This document shows, piece by piece, positions 36,161-48,926 of a stretch of 64,000 nucleotides of DNA (positions within the stretch are counted from its first letter, which is position 1; each line of letters opens with the position of its first letter). Position numbers and translations under genes: made by a program. The DNA comes from Guillardia theta CCMP2712. Taxonomy: Eukaryota > Protista > Cryptophyta. The stretch spans positions 289,357-353,356 of the forward strand of contig NW_005434619.1 of NCBI RefSeq assembly GCF_000315625.1, in the 5' to 3' direction. Under the pieces are notes generated by a model, which was not told where the DNA came from, ran no database searches, and saw only the letters and a program-made list of their open reading frames with translations.

Positions 36161-37655
36161 CTATACAGCCTGAGCAACAAACCTAGTTTCCCTCCACTCT
36201 CTGTAGAAATCACATCAGCAATCGTTATGCGAAGTCTCGCACCATACCTGTTTGCTTCCAAGTAGGTCTGTCCATGCACAATCACGTGCATTTGCTTCAT
36301 CTGCGTATGATACGAAGCGAAGCAGACAAGCTTCTGATGTTCCTGCAGAGCTGTGAGGAGAAAACGAGCTTCAGATGCTTTCTTACCTCTTTCAGGTGAA
36401 ACTCGGTGAAGATGAGCTTATTAGCATCTGATTCTGCATGGGTAACGACAGATATGTACCTTCCTCCCCCCAGGTACTTGGGGATACCGTTGAGCTCAAT
36501 CTCGCAGTCCTCACGCCATCCCGCCGTCATCGAGCCCTTCAACGACGGAAGGTTCATCCTGAACTTGACGAGACACCGGTGACCGTCTCCCGTTAGCGAC
36601 TTGGACAGGCTGCAGGACAGCTGCAGCCGGTTCGCCATGTTCATCTTAGCATCCACAGAATCTGACTTGTAGTGCTCTTTAAGCTCTGCAATGTTCCGAG
36701 GATCCTCCCAGATTGCTCTCCATCCCGAGAAGATGAATGGCAGCGAGGAGGAACTTGCAAAGCACGGCCTCTGATCCCATGGTAGGTGTGTCGAGGAGAA
36801 GAAATCGAAGCTGTAGACACCTGAGAAGTCCTCGAAGCCACCCGGTCTGTTGGAAGTCGTACTGGTCTGTTGTTCCTCGCATGACTGGAAGAATAGGAAG
36901 GAATGCTGTCCTTGGACGTTGCACACCTCCTCTAGGGCACATTGACAGTACCTCAGGGAGGATTTATGGAAATGATACATGGTGATAATGCGCTCCTTTG
37001 CAGGCGGCTCTTTGCACGTGCTCCCATCGCTGCGCTCGCTCTTCGCTTCTGTGCTCTTGCTCTTGTGCAACAGTTGATGGACGGCATTTCGGTGGGAGTG
37101 AGGGGAGAAATGAAGGAGGTTCTGACCCATGGGGCCGGCGAACGGCATGCTCCGAAACCATTCCCTCGCACCAGAGCTGAGAGACAGGATTTTCAAGCTG
37201 TTGAAATCGATGACGATGATAGGCTTCTGAGCTTCAAGGATCCCCCTCTTGATGAGCAAGTCAGAGATCTGAACATCGTCCACACTCTGCGGAATGCTCA
37301 AAAGCTTCTCTATCCTACACCGCAGGTCCGAGAGCAGCTGCGTCAGGCTCCTCCCAGACTTCAAAGACGATCGATGCCTCCTTGCTTTCGTTATTCTCGG
37401 AACCAAGGAGTCGAGCACCTCGATCAGCTCTTTGGTCTCGTCTCTGTTCGCCGACTTCTGAAGCCTGCGCACAAGCAACATCTCGGCGCTTGACATGTTG
37501 GACATCTGGTTAACTGAGAGCTCACCGGATCTCCTTAGAGAACCAAAGGCTCTCTGTGTCAGACTCGTAGATCTAGCCTTACATTCCAATACATGGAACG
37601 CTGTGTTGGCACTTACACGGAAATCTGCTCCGCTTTCACGTTCTTGATGACGCAT
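36161..37655 (-). CDS. bHLH-like/PAS-like family protein, paralog 3
   Basis: EMLLVRRLQKSANRDETKELIEVLDSLVP..RRHRSSLKSGRSLTQLL; LEAQKPIIVI..GQNLLHFS; same two 3' introns; ends REWRETRFVAQAV*. Confidence 0.75.
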
Positions 37656-39529
37656 ACCTGATGTGACATAAATCCATCGCCTGGGTGCAGCCAGTCACTC
37701 GACAAGAAGTGTGTTGACTTTTTTCTCCGATCCTGCCATGAGACATTCAGAAAGTGAGGTATGCCGTCAACCGGTTCTATTCAAGTTTCAAGTCTCAAGA
37801 TTTTCATCTCGTGTTGTCTGAAGCAGTGATATTCAATGATCTCTCTCAGTATTGCTAAAGATTCTCTTGTTTTTCATGTGCGATGTGGGATCTTGTTCAC
37901 CGTCGACTCCTTTTATGAAAGAAGTGCTCTATGTTTCAACTCCTGGCTATCATGACAGTCGACGTGTTTGCCGCTGCTGCTTCCTCTAACGTTTTCCTCT
38001 GCTCAATCTGTCAATCCAGATTCCTGTCTCGATTATTCAAAGTCATGATGTAAGCATTTACATCATCATTGACCCATGAAACCATCCACCTACTGCTATC
38101 TCGCTCATGCTAAAGGCCACGCATCCCAGTCTGGCTGTAGATTTAGAGTTGCGCCTGCGGCAACTCTAAATCTTAAAGTCTTCAATCTTCTGCTCCACCT
38201 GCCTTCTGCCTTCCTACCTTCTGACTTGCTACCTTGCTGGAGATCTACATCCATACTGCTTTCCGCTGCTGCCGCCGCCGCCATTCCCTTCCACCTCACC
38301 GCCATCTCCCCCGACACACTACCCCTTCCCTCCGGCACTCCTCTCAGCCATGACCACTAAATCAGTACCCGTCAGTACCCTACCCCTTGAAATACGAACT
38401 CCTTCACGACTTTTCCAGGGTGGGTTGTCCAAAAAAACAAAAAAAAGATAAAGGCCACTAGCGCCGCCCACCCCACCCTTCCTCCCAACGGAACTACCCC
38501 ACCCCATCGAAACATATCGTCTCACCCTGGTTATAAAAGCAGAGTACCCACCCCTACCCCCCTATCTCCTGATTTCCTACGTAATCTACACCTGCCGTGT
38601 GGGAATTTTTTAAAAAAGACCACTCTGCGCCACACCCACCCCGTGCACTTCACGGAATACTACCACCCTCCTCAAATCACGGACATGCACCTATCCACCC
38701 CACCCCCACTGTAGAAATTAACTCATGACAACTTTGTGACTAATAAAATCATATAGAGGATTGGATCACTCCGATGTACCACCCCACCCCAGAAAGGATC
38801 CCACCCCACCCTGTCACGACCTCGACATCCTCAGGAGCAACAATGATCCTGTTACTGGTAACTGCGTCTATAAGTGGATGCATGGAGACTGTCGCCTTCT
38901 CGTTCCTCAAAAAGTCTCAACTTGTAGTAAATTTGGTAGTTTCGCCGGAGCCAGGGAGCATGCGGGGAGAACGGGAGGAAAAAAGATTATGGTCACGTCC
39001 TTGAATTGAAGGGTAGAGGGTGGGGTCATGGGGTCTTATTTTGTTTTTTCCTCTCTCAAGATTTTTGCAGGGGGTGATGTGGAAGGTGGGTAGGGTCCTG
39101 AAAAGGTAGGGTCAGGATTATTCAGAGACTAGGGGTACTTTAAGTGGATATAGGAGGGGTGATATTTATCATTCTTGCAATGGAGGGGTAGGATGGGTTC
39201 GTTTTGTTGGTTGGCAACTCGGTCCCCTGGTGGGTGTAAAGCTTTTAGCAAATATTACGCTTGTGGTCAGTTTTCGTTTTAAGTGTTGAAAGCAAGTAGC
39301 TGATAGATGATTCAAACAGCAAGAAGAAGTCAAGCAATCATAAGAAGTGCAGTAAAGAAAGAATTCTTCAAGTTGAGATAATGGACAAGCAGGAGGGGGG
39401 AAGAGAAAGTGGGTGAAGACAGGGGCCGAAGAACAAAGAGGCCTGATTTACACATGGACCAGACGAGACGAGACAAGGGTAGTCACATTAGAAGACTGAG
39501 GATGGGATTGAAGTCAAGTTGAGAATGGG

Positions 39530-41100
39530 GTAGCCACTCAGAAAAGTGGCCGTTTCCATGTGCATGGTCCCGTAAACTGCAGGATGCTATTCTTAAAACC
39601 TTCGAAAATGAGATGCGATTACTCGAACACAACAAACAGGGCAGGCTACTACTGCTTGTAAGGACATGAAGTTGTTTCCACAGGAGAGAAAATACGTAAC
39701 ATGAGATGAGATGAGACGAGACGAGACGAGACGAGACGAGACGAGACGAGACGAGACGAGACGAGACGAGACGAGACGAGACGAGATGAGACGAGATGAG
39801 ATGAGATGAGATAAAATCGCATGACATGACATGAGGCTGTCATACTTGTGATGTACTCGTGCTACCGTGTACCCGTGGTGGCCTACAAGCTGAAGAGGAC
39901 GGGTGAGTCTTGTTGAGTACAACCCGTTGGTGGAAGCAGCCTGGTTGCATGCAAGGACGGGGTTCTCTACCCTGCGAGTGAGTGAGCAAGGTTGCCTCTC
40001 GAACGGCTGACGGGATGTTCAACATATAAGAGGGAAAGCTTGTAAACTTCCAAGGAGAGAACACCCCTACTTCCCTCAGTCAAGAGACGGGTACTCCTGT
40101 CTCCTTCCTCGAAGATATACAAGGATCATCCTCGTCAAAACTTGGTGGTCATCTTCCCCTTTCGTGTGTGAGCCACGTCTGTTTGAGCCACACCTGTGTG
40201 TGTTGGCTTTGCTTTGTTTGCTGTGTGAGAATAAAGAGAGATAGATATCCTTCTGTTACACTGTTCTCCTCTTAGTAGAGAAATTCCAGCACAAGTTCTT
40301 GTTGAGCTGAAGGTCAATCCTGTAAGGCTGTGACAGTGGGGTGATGCTGGAAGAGAGACGGCACGGCAACGAGTTGGTGAACGACACGGCGGAATGACGT
40401 GAGAGGCAACATGATGAAGTTTCGACTCCGTACTTTCCTCTCTTCTCATGAGAAGCATCTTGAAGAGAGGTTACAAGGTGCCAAGGCAGGGAGAAGCAGG
40501 AAAGAATCAATGAGAGCGAGGGGTGGCGGGCAGGGCCCGGGATGACCAGTTGCGAGCTGTGGAGTGTGGCAGTCGGGGCTGGGATAGCAGAGAAATTCAG
40601 AGGTGGCAAGGGAGGTTATGGGAGCAAAGTGAGAACACAAACTCATACCAGTGAGAATGTTTGCATTGGGGCAATAGGGCTGAAAAGCAGAAAGAAGGGA
40701 AGTAGGGATATAAAGTAATGCTGTGTGAATGCACTATTGCGTGCTGGTAGGCAAAATATGATCTGAAGTAAAAGACTTAAAGGGGCTGGAATAACGTACG
40801 AGCATAATGATTTCATGGCATCACAACATACAGAAAAGTCTGTGCGACTGTTTGCCAGGACGTAGCGCTTGAATGTTAGTGACATCTTTGTTTTGTCACT
40901 AAGATACCAGCCCAGAGCCAACGACTAGCATGCCAAGCTTGTAGTGAGTGTCTAGATTTGCTTTGGGATTATCGTATTCCAGTATGTTGCATCATTATCA
41001 TGAAGGATGTGTTGACTTGATCAGAAGTTGTTGTGAAGCAGCCTTGTCTTAAGAATGGGGCATTTCTGGTCTAGCCTGGAAAGCAATGGATGAAAGACGT
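39530..41100 (-). CDS. Possible multi-exon hypothetical protein
   Basis: Exon-like pieces (LYIFEEGDRSTRLLTEG.., GLYSTRLTRPLQLVGHHG.., LGWYLSDKTKMSLTFKRY) bounded by GT/AG; no family recognised. Confidence 0.3.
39701..39812. repeat. (GAGAC/GAGAT)n pentamer microsatellite
   Basis: Seen directly. Confidence 0.95.
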
Positions 41101-41829
41101 ACCAAGCAGAAATCTTAAAACCTCGCAATTGACTTGCTCCTTCTTCGTCTAAAGATAATGGCATGCTTTATGTTGCCTCCCTCTCACTTCCTTTGGTGTT
41201 GTTTGCTCTTCTATTGTCTACGTTCCAGCTACATTTCTCTTGCTCGTTCGTCTTATCTTGACCATGATCCTCGTCTTTCCCTTCCTTCCTCCTCCTCCTG
41301 CGCTCCCTCCTTTCATCCTCTGTAGCAACACCCGCCTTCCCTGATCGAATCCGGATGCAAAGTTCTTTACCATGCTTGGAGCTTGGAGAGGGGTGGGGGT
41401 ACTTTACGGACGGGTCATCACAGGATTCTTTGGAGGTAAAGGGGTGGGTAGTAAAATGGAGCAAGCGTGTGCATAGATCGTGACTTCTGGAATATTTGGA
41501 AGGTGTGGGAATGCAAACGAGAGGAGGATCGAGAGGAGGGGAGAAGTGGATGGAAGAGAACAGATGTATGTGCTGATTGCAACAGAGAGTAATGCAGCTC
41601 AGGTCGTCTGTGCTCAGTTAGACCGTGTAGAAAGCTATGCTGCGACTAGCAGGTCATAAGATGTGCCGGCAGCTTCTGCTTGTAGTTCTTCTCTGACGCT
41701 TGGACGCTTCCAGCGAGGCTGTGGCGACGTGAATGGTCAAAGACATAAGATAGGTTTGTCCATTCCGCTGGATTGATCGGTTCTTTGACGCAATGCCCAG
41801 GAACATTGGTTTGAACGCACCCGCTCAGG

Positions 41830-43864
41830 ATGGGGTTTCCGACAACAAACTTGATCACGGACGAGCAAGTCATCTCGGAGTTCATTTGTCCCATCTGTGT
41901 CCAGTTGGTTGAAGAACCAGTGATCACAATCTGTACTCACGTCTTCTGCAAATCATGCTGGGAGGAATGGTTGTCGCAAGTGAACTCGAGCTCCAAGTGT
42001 CCCAAGTGCAACTCGGTCTTCATGCAGGTGCCCTCCAAGGTGACGGCTCCTCTTCGCACCGGGAACCCGCTCGCCTGGAGGATCTTGTCGCGGGTTCAAG
42101 TGAAGTGCCCGCTCGACGCTCATGGCTGTCAGTGGCGCGGAGAGTACTCGGAGATCGCATCGCACCTCACGTCCAGTGAAAGCCATCTCTCCAGGGGCTC
42201 TGCTGACTCCGTTCGTGCCAGTGCTGAGGCGTTCAAGGTGCAGGGGAATCAGAGGTTTGAAGCTCGGTCTTTCCAGGAGGCCGTCAAGCTCTACTCCAAG
42301 GCCATCACTCTCGACCCATCCGTCCCCAGCTACTACAGCAACCGCGCGGCAGCATGGCTGATGCTGGGAGCATACAACGAGTGCATCTCTGACTGCAAGG
42401 CTGCGATAGAGCTCGACCCCAAACTTGTTAGGGCCCACGTTCGGTTGAGCAAAGCCCTAGTGGAGTTGGGAGACCTAATTCAAGCCCACTCCTACCTCGC
42501 TCAAGCCTCACAGAACAATCCTGAGGAGCCTGAGCTTGCAAAGGAATTCGCTCGAGTGTCGTCGCTGAAGTTGGCGTTTGAGGATGGGAAGGCCAACTTT
42601 GAGAAAGGAGACTATTATAGGGCGCTAGAATGTTTCGAGTTTCTGGACAATTCATGCTCCGCTGTGCCGATCCAACTCTGGGTGGCGCGAGCTTCGATTC
42701 AAGCTGGGCTCTGCGATTCAGCGATATCACTCACATTGCGGATCATCAAGAAGGACGATAAGAACGCCGAAGCCTTTTATGTTCGAGGCCTTGCTCTTTT
42801 CTATGCTGGTGATATGGAGCAAGGAGTCAAGCATCTGAAGGAGAGTTTGCGTCTTGACCCTGACCAGACTGTAGTTGCTCACAGCCTCAAGTCTTTGCGT
42901 ACATCCATGGATTGCATCACACGAGCAAGAGATCATGCTCTCAAACGGCAATTTCAAGAGACTGTTCGACTTGTGAGTCTTTCTTGCCCTCCTATTAGAA
43001 TCTGATCAATTTTCATTCCGGCTCCATCCCTTTCGTATCCGCTCATATTCTTTGTCAGTTGAGCGAAACATTGGAGTACTGCAAATTTCCGGAAAAGGCT
43101 CCTTTGCTTGCTGCGATGTTTTCGGAACGGGCGAGTGCAAACCTGCGACTTCAGCTCTTTCCGGATGCCTTGAGAGACTGTCATTTGGCTATCCAGATTC
43201 AAGACGACCACAAAGAAGCTTGGGTCGTTCGAGCCAAGTGAGTTGACTTGAGCTTTTACGAGCTGCGATTCCTGACAGCCTGTTTCTAGTACTCTCATCG
43301 CCTTGGGCAGACCCGAAGAAGCTCGTGAAGACATGTCAAGGCTGCTGAAAATCTTTGAGCATGACACGGTGTTTCGTCACTGGTATGACAAGGCAGACTT
43401 CGAGGTGCGGAAGCGAGTGCGACCGGACTACTACACGATCCTGAAGGTTTCGACTGTGGCAACGGAGAGTGAGATTAAAGCTGCCTACAAGGTGAGAAAG
43501 AGGGAGGGTAGTGGACTGTACATAAGAATAAGGCTGCAGCAACGAGCGCTCGAGTGCCATCCAGACAAGGTGGTTGCCAGTGGTGCCTTGACGGTAGAGG
43601 AAGCTGAAGCACAGTTCAAGCTTCTCGGAGAAGCGCTGGAGGTGGAGGGGACGAGCGTCAAGGCGATTGTGTGACAGCTTGTCAGATACTCGGAGACAGC
43701 ACGTGTCGCCGACTTTACGATGAGGGGTATGACAAAGTGGCGATCGATCAGAGGGTGCAGGTTTGTTGCTCCTCCCTTTCCATGAGCAGACGTTCGTAAC
43801 TTCTCGTATGCTGCAGGCAGCGCAGAGGGCTGCGAGAGAAGGAGATCACAAGCATCGCTATTGA
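41830..43864 (+). CDS. RING-HC + TRAF/SIAH-type zinc finger + TPR repeats + DnaJ domain (DNAJC7-like with E3 module)
   Basis: CPIC..CTHVFCKSC..CPKC; VKCP..GCQWRG..HL; TPRs AEAFKVQGNQRF, YYSNRAAAW; J-domain DYYTILKV..KAAYK|QRALECHPDK..FKLLGEALE|ILGD..RRLYDEG. Confidence 0.88.
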
Positions 43865-44252
43865 TGAGATGCACCTCAAAACGTCGTGTGCACTTTGCCG
43901 ACGACTGAACAATTCAAGTGTATTCTTGCTTTTACTCAAGGTAACATTGGAATGTAACGAACAATGGGAAAACTTTTCGGTCGCGCTTGATCCTTTAGCC
44001 TCATTTGCGAAGCGTCAGGTCAACCTCGACTGAGTAGATGCGCGTTCATCTCAATACACTCGCATGCTGGCTGAGCTCCTTCCGTCTTAAGAGTGTTGTG
44101 GGTCCTCCCCACCAGGTTTGCGAACTTGGGCATGTCCGGCGGCAGACCTGCATGCAGCCTTCAGTTAGTGCTGTGCGTGAGAAAAGGAGCAGGCCCACCA
44201 GCTAGGAAGCGACACGGGGATGTTCGACTTGAGCTATGGTTTGCGGAGAAAT

Positions 44253-44681
44253 TTAGAAGTCATTCAACTGAAGGCGATCCATAATGATCAATACCGGAGT
44301 AATGTTCTCAACGTGACTATCGTGGAGGGTTGCAGCATCCCGATCATACCTCTTCCTCAGCCCTCGCATCACTTTCTGTACAATCCCAACATCTTCGTAT
44401 AGATCGCTCTCGTGCTTGATCTCTTTGGTCGGGTGATCGGACAGGTCCCTCAGATTATTCATTGGTTTTGCCTTCATCTGCACTGGGACGTACTCGATAT
44501 GATTGGAGGGAGATGCACTTCTTGATGGAGGCGGGGCAGGACCGAACACCTCATCACTTCTCTTCTCGTTGAACACAAAGCAAGAAAGACCCGTCGCAGA
44601 CCGAACGGGCCTCAAGCCAAAGAGAATCAACAACGCACAAAGCCTTGCAAACCATAGCTCAAGGGGTCGAACATTGATCAT
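44253..44681 (-). CDS. Hypothetical secreted protein (may have further exons)
   Basis: MINVRPLELWFARLCALLILFGLRPVRSA signal-like leader followed by an open frame. Confidence 0.35.
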   Translation of the reverse strand: MINVRPLELWFARLCALLILFGLRPVRSATGLSCFVFNEKRSDEVFGPAPPPSRSASPSNHIEYVPVQMKAKPMNNLRDLSDHPTKEIKHESDLYEDVGIVQKVMRGLRKRYDRDAATLHDSHVENITPVLIIMDRLQLNDF

Positions 44682-45618
44682 GCTGTGCTGCCTGACGAGA
44701 TTGTATGTCTGTTTGTCTTCTTTGTCGTTACCTCTGATCCTTCTCTTCTCCTCCCTTCTCTTCTCTTCTCTTCTCTTCTCTTCTCCCACTATGATTCTGC
44801 CGTCTTGGTGTTGCAAACGTACAAACAAGATCATTTTAAAAGATTATTTTAATCGGATGTAACAAATATTTTATAACTATGTATAGTACATATTTTCTCT
44901 AAAACTATTTATAGAAGAACGCTCCCCGAATCAAAGAAGATATCTAACCCGTCATCTGTACCAATGCTCAGAGTAAAAGGTAGGGGTACTTCACAACACC
45001 TACTATCTAAATCATTTTTTGAAGTTACGCCCCCCAGCTACAATATATATATATATATATGAGCAATTGACCGTACAACAATTCCAGCTAATTTTCGAAG
45101 AGAATCAATTAAGCTAATAAGGTTTCTTTTCAGTAGTTGATTTCACGGCCACGGCCTTCCGGCCTTCCGGCCCGATCAGTTGCCCGGTGCGTACAGGGAT
45201 GAGCGGGGATGAGGGTAATTGTTGATTCGGGGCCGTGGCCGCATGTGCAGAATAGAATGGCATGGGGGAAGCAGGAGGGAGAGGGAGGAGGCAGGAGGGA
45301 GGAAGGGAGGAGGGAGGAGGGAGGTGGGAGGAGGCAGGATGGAGGAGGGAAGGGGATAGAAGTTGGGGGAGGGGGGGGGGGGGGGGACGACGAAAAAAAA
45401 GATAGATCATAGCAGAAGGAGGCAAGAGAGGGAGGGGCAAAGGAGAACTGAACAAGGATCATTAGAGCAGAAGAAAGAGGGTGGGTTTGAATCGGTCTAC
45501 GAGCAACCAGTCCACTTCAAGGCATGCTGCAAACGCTGCGGTGTTCCACTGACATGATCATTGCAAGGAGTTGAGAAGTACCATGATCTGGTGAACCGAT
45601 TCTAAATCAAGTCCGGCA

Positions 45619-48043
45619 ATGACGATGAAATTTGCATCAACTACTTGCTTTCTGTTTCTTGCAGCTTTTCACTTCGTAGCCATAGGAGGTTTCTCTCTCC
45701 AGACCCTCGTCAGGCCCAATGCCAAGACTTACTACATCCATCCATCTACGAGGCAGCAGGTCAGGCGAACAGCCGTTCGCTCCCCAGTGATGCAGGTAAA
45801 GCTTGTTCCCCTTCATACTTCACCTGCGGTCCCTCACGTTGATCCCCTGCAGACCGGCTGGAGTCGACCTGGTCAGCTGGGTCCAACAGTAGCCCAGCTG
45901 GCTAAGCAGAAGAAGCTGCTGGGGCTCGGGGGGCTCAAGAAGCTGCCGCGCGTGTTTCCCGCGGACGAGCTGGTGAACCGGGCGGTGAACCGAGCGTTGT
46001 CGCACAAGGAGGACACGACGGTGAAGAACCAGCGGCAGAGGGCGCGGAAGTATGCGGCAGAGCAGCTGGCGATCCTGTCGAAGGAGCTCACGAAGCCGAC
46101 GGGAGAGATCCTAGAGGGGTACGAGAAGATCCTCAAGAACCTGTCGCCCTTCGAGAAGGTATGCTGTACTAGAGCTGGGGTGTGTTGGAGCTGCTCAGTG
46201 TCATGTAGGTTGTGGCAGATCTGACAGTGAAGTCGCGGGAGCTTGCTGGGTACGGATCTCTCCCTGACACCTTGAAAGGGCTGCAGGAGCTGAGAAAGGA
46301 CACCATGGAGGTCTGCAAGGCAGGGACCAAGGCTGCAAAGGAGGCGGTTTCTCGCAAGTTGACGCTGGAAGAGGTGGACGTAGCGATTGCGAGCATTGAG
46401 GAGCTGTGGGAGCGAGACGGCTGGGTCCTCGACCTCCTGCTCAACATGGGCCAGGAGCTGAGGAGCGTCCCCATGGTGGACCCCGAGCTTGACACCGTCG
46501 TTCTAGTCGGGTGAACCTCAAGTCTCTCCTTCCTGCGTTGTTCTAGCTCTTCCTCCTCCCCCCCCCTCTCCCTCCATCTCTCCCTCTTCCTCCTCTTCCT
46601 CCTCTTCCTCCTCCTCTTGCTCCATCTCTCCCTCCTCCTGCTCTTCCTCCTCCATTCCTTCTTATATCTCCAACTCTCCTTCCCCGCACAACTTCACACC
46701 CTCACTTACTGTTTCTTCAGCTCTCCAAATGTTGGCAAGAGCAGCATCGTTCGCAGCATCTCCACAGGAACGCCTGAAGTCAACAACTATCCCTTCACCA
46801 CCAGAGGTTAACAGCTTCTCGCACCGCTCCTACAGACCCGCCCTCCTCTCTCTCTCTCAGCTCCTTTGCTTCTCTCATCCACCTGCATACCTCTCTCTTG
46901 ATCTCATCTCCTCCTCCTATCGCAGCTCGTGCCCCGTTCTCTCCTTGCTACTTTCCTCTCTCTACCTCTCTCTTCATCTTCGCTGACTTGTTGCTGGCAG
47001 GCATGACCCTCGGTCACATTCTGGATGACCTTGGCGAGCAGATCTGTCAGGTAACTGCACAGAAAGGAGGAAAAGAAGAGGATGTGTGGAGGAAAGCAGA
47101 AGGAGGGAAGGGGAGGAGGGAGAGAGAGTGGGCGATAAGGGGCATTGGGGGGGAAGAGAGGAGAGCAAGTTGGGGGGAGGGGAGGAGGGGGGTTAACGAG
47201 GAGGAGGAGTCGGTAGTGGTAGTGGTGGCAAGAGGAGCAAGGAACTAACTCCGAGCAGGTCATGGACACGCCTGGTCTGCTCCCCCGCTCCGACCAGGAG
47301 AGAAACGAGATGGAGAAGCTGACGCTCGCCTCCATGGTGAAGCATGCAATCGGTCATGGAGGAAGGAGCTGATGGGACCGCAGGAGCATCTCAACAGCGT
47401 CATCATCTTCGTGCTCGACCTCACTGGAGAGAGCGGGATCAAGTCCTCCATCTCTGATCAGGTCCCTCCCTCCACGTCCCTAGCTGGTCGGATCTTGACC
47501 AGCTCTTGTCCAGCTGAGCGTGAGGGATGAGCTGAGAATTCGCTTTCCGGATCGCGAGTGGATCGATGTTGTCAGTAAGGCAGATATCCCCCTTGAGCCA
47601 CAGGTAGACTCACTCCATCTCCTCCTCTCCTCTCCTCTCCTCTCCTCCTTCCTCCCTCCCTTCATCCTCTCCCTCTCTACTCTCCTCCTCTCCCTCCCTC
47701 CTTCTTCATCTGCTCTCCTCATCTTCATCCCTCTCCCCCACCTCTCTCCCTCTTTCGCTTCCCTTTCATCCTGGACTTTGTCCCTCCCTCTATGTCCCCC
47801 CCATTCCATCCACGTGCCGCTATCCTTGCGTTCGACCAGCGACATTGCGGAGCTTCAGACGAGGGTGGCTGTTGACTTGTCTTGCCTCAGTGCGAGCAGA
47901 AGGTGCCGGAAGGTGCCTTGCGAATCTCCTCGACGACGCAGGAGGGCATGGAGGTTCTGTCAGCAAGAGTGATGCAGTCGCTGCAGACGCTGCAGGAGAA
48001 GAGGGAGGCGAGAGAGAGAGAGAGGAGCCGGTTCATCTACTGA
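45619..48043 (+). CDS. NOG1-like OBG-family GTPase, probably plastid-targeted
   Basis: VLVG|SPNVGKSS (G1), NYPFTTR (G2), MDTPGLL (G3), VVSKAD (G4), RNEMEKLTLASM; leader ..VAIGG-FSL. Confidence 0.88.
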
Positions 48044-48233
48044 GACCTACCAGGCTGTGCTGTGTTGTTTACAAATGAAGAGAAGGAGGATGAAGAGAAG
48101 GAGGGGAGGGAGAAGAAGAGAAGGAGGGGGAGGGGGAGGGGGAGGGGGAGAACACAAGAGGAGCAGGAGGAGGAAGAAGGGGAGGAAGCAGCAGTGGTGA
48201 GAAAGGAGGAGCGGGAGGAGGGGGGAGTTGAGG

Positions 48234-48889
48234 TCAGGCGGTAGTGACGAGATAGAACGTGTCCGAGAAGGCCTGGGGGACCTGACAGGGAGTGAGTAGG
48301 AGAAGCTTGACAGACGTGTACCTGCGGCAATCTTGACAAGAGGATGAATTGGAAATGATCCAGACAGTGCTGAGTGAACTGGTGCTCAAGGAAAAGTTCT
48401 CCGTCCTCCTTCTTGACCAGATGGAAAAACTTGTGATCCTGCAAAAGTGCTGAGATGAGAAATGTAGGATGAGATACAGGAAGGGGGAGAAGAGGAGGGG
48501 GGTTGTAAAGGGGAGGAGCAGAGGAGGAGGGGCAGAGGAGGAGACAGGAGCAGAGGAGGAGGAGCAGAGGAGGAGAGAGAACAGACGAGAGACGAGAGGA
48601 GACAGAACAGAGAGAAAAGAGGAGAGAGGAGCAGCAGAGACAGACTTGGAACCTTGGTGATGGAGCACATGACGATGTCCATCCAAAGTGTTGGAGAAAT
48701 CTTGTCAAACCTGCGCAAGAAACTCACGAGAGCATCTGAAGAGACACCCAAAGACAAAACAGCGAGATGTAGGACAAGGACAAGGACAAGGACAAGGACA
48801 AGGACAAGGACAAGGACAAGGACAAGGACAAGGACAAGGACTACAATGACAAGGACTACAATCAGAAGAAAAACGGAGACGATAGGAGA

Positions 48890-48926
<37 letters not shown>

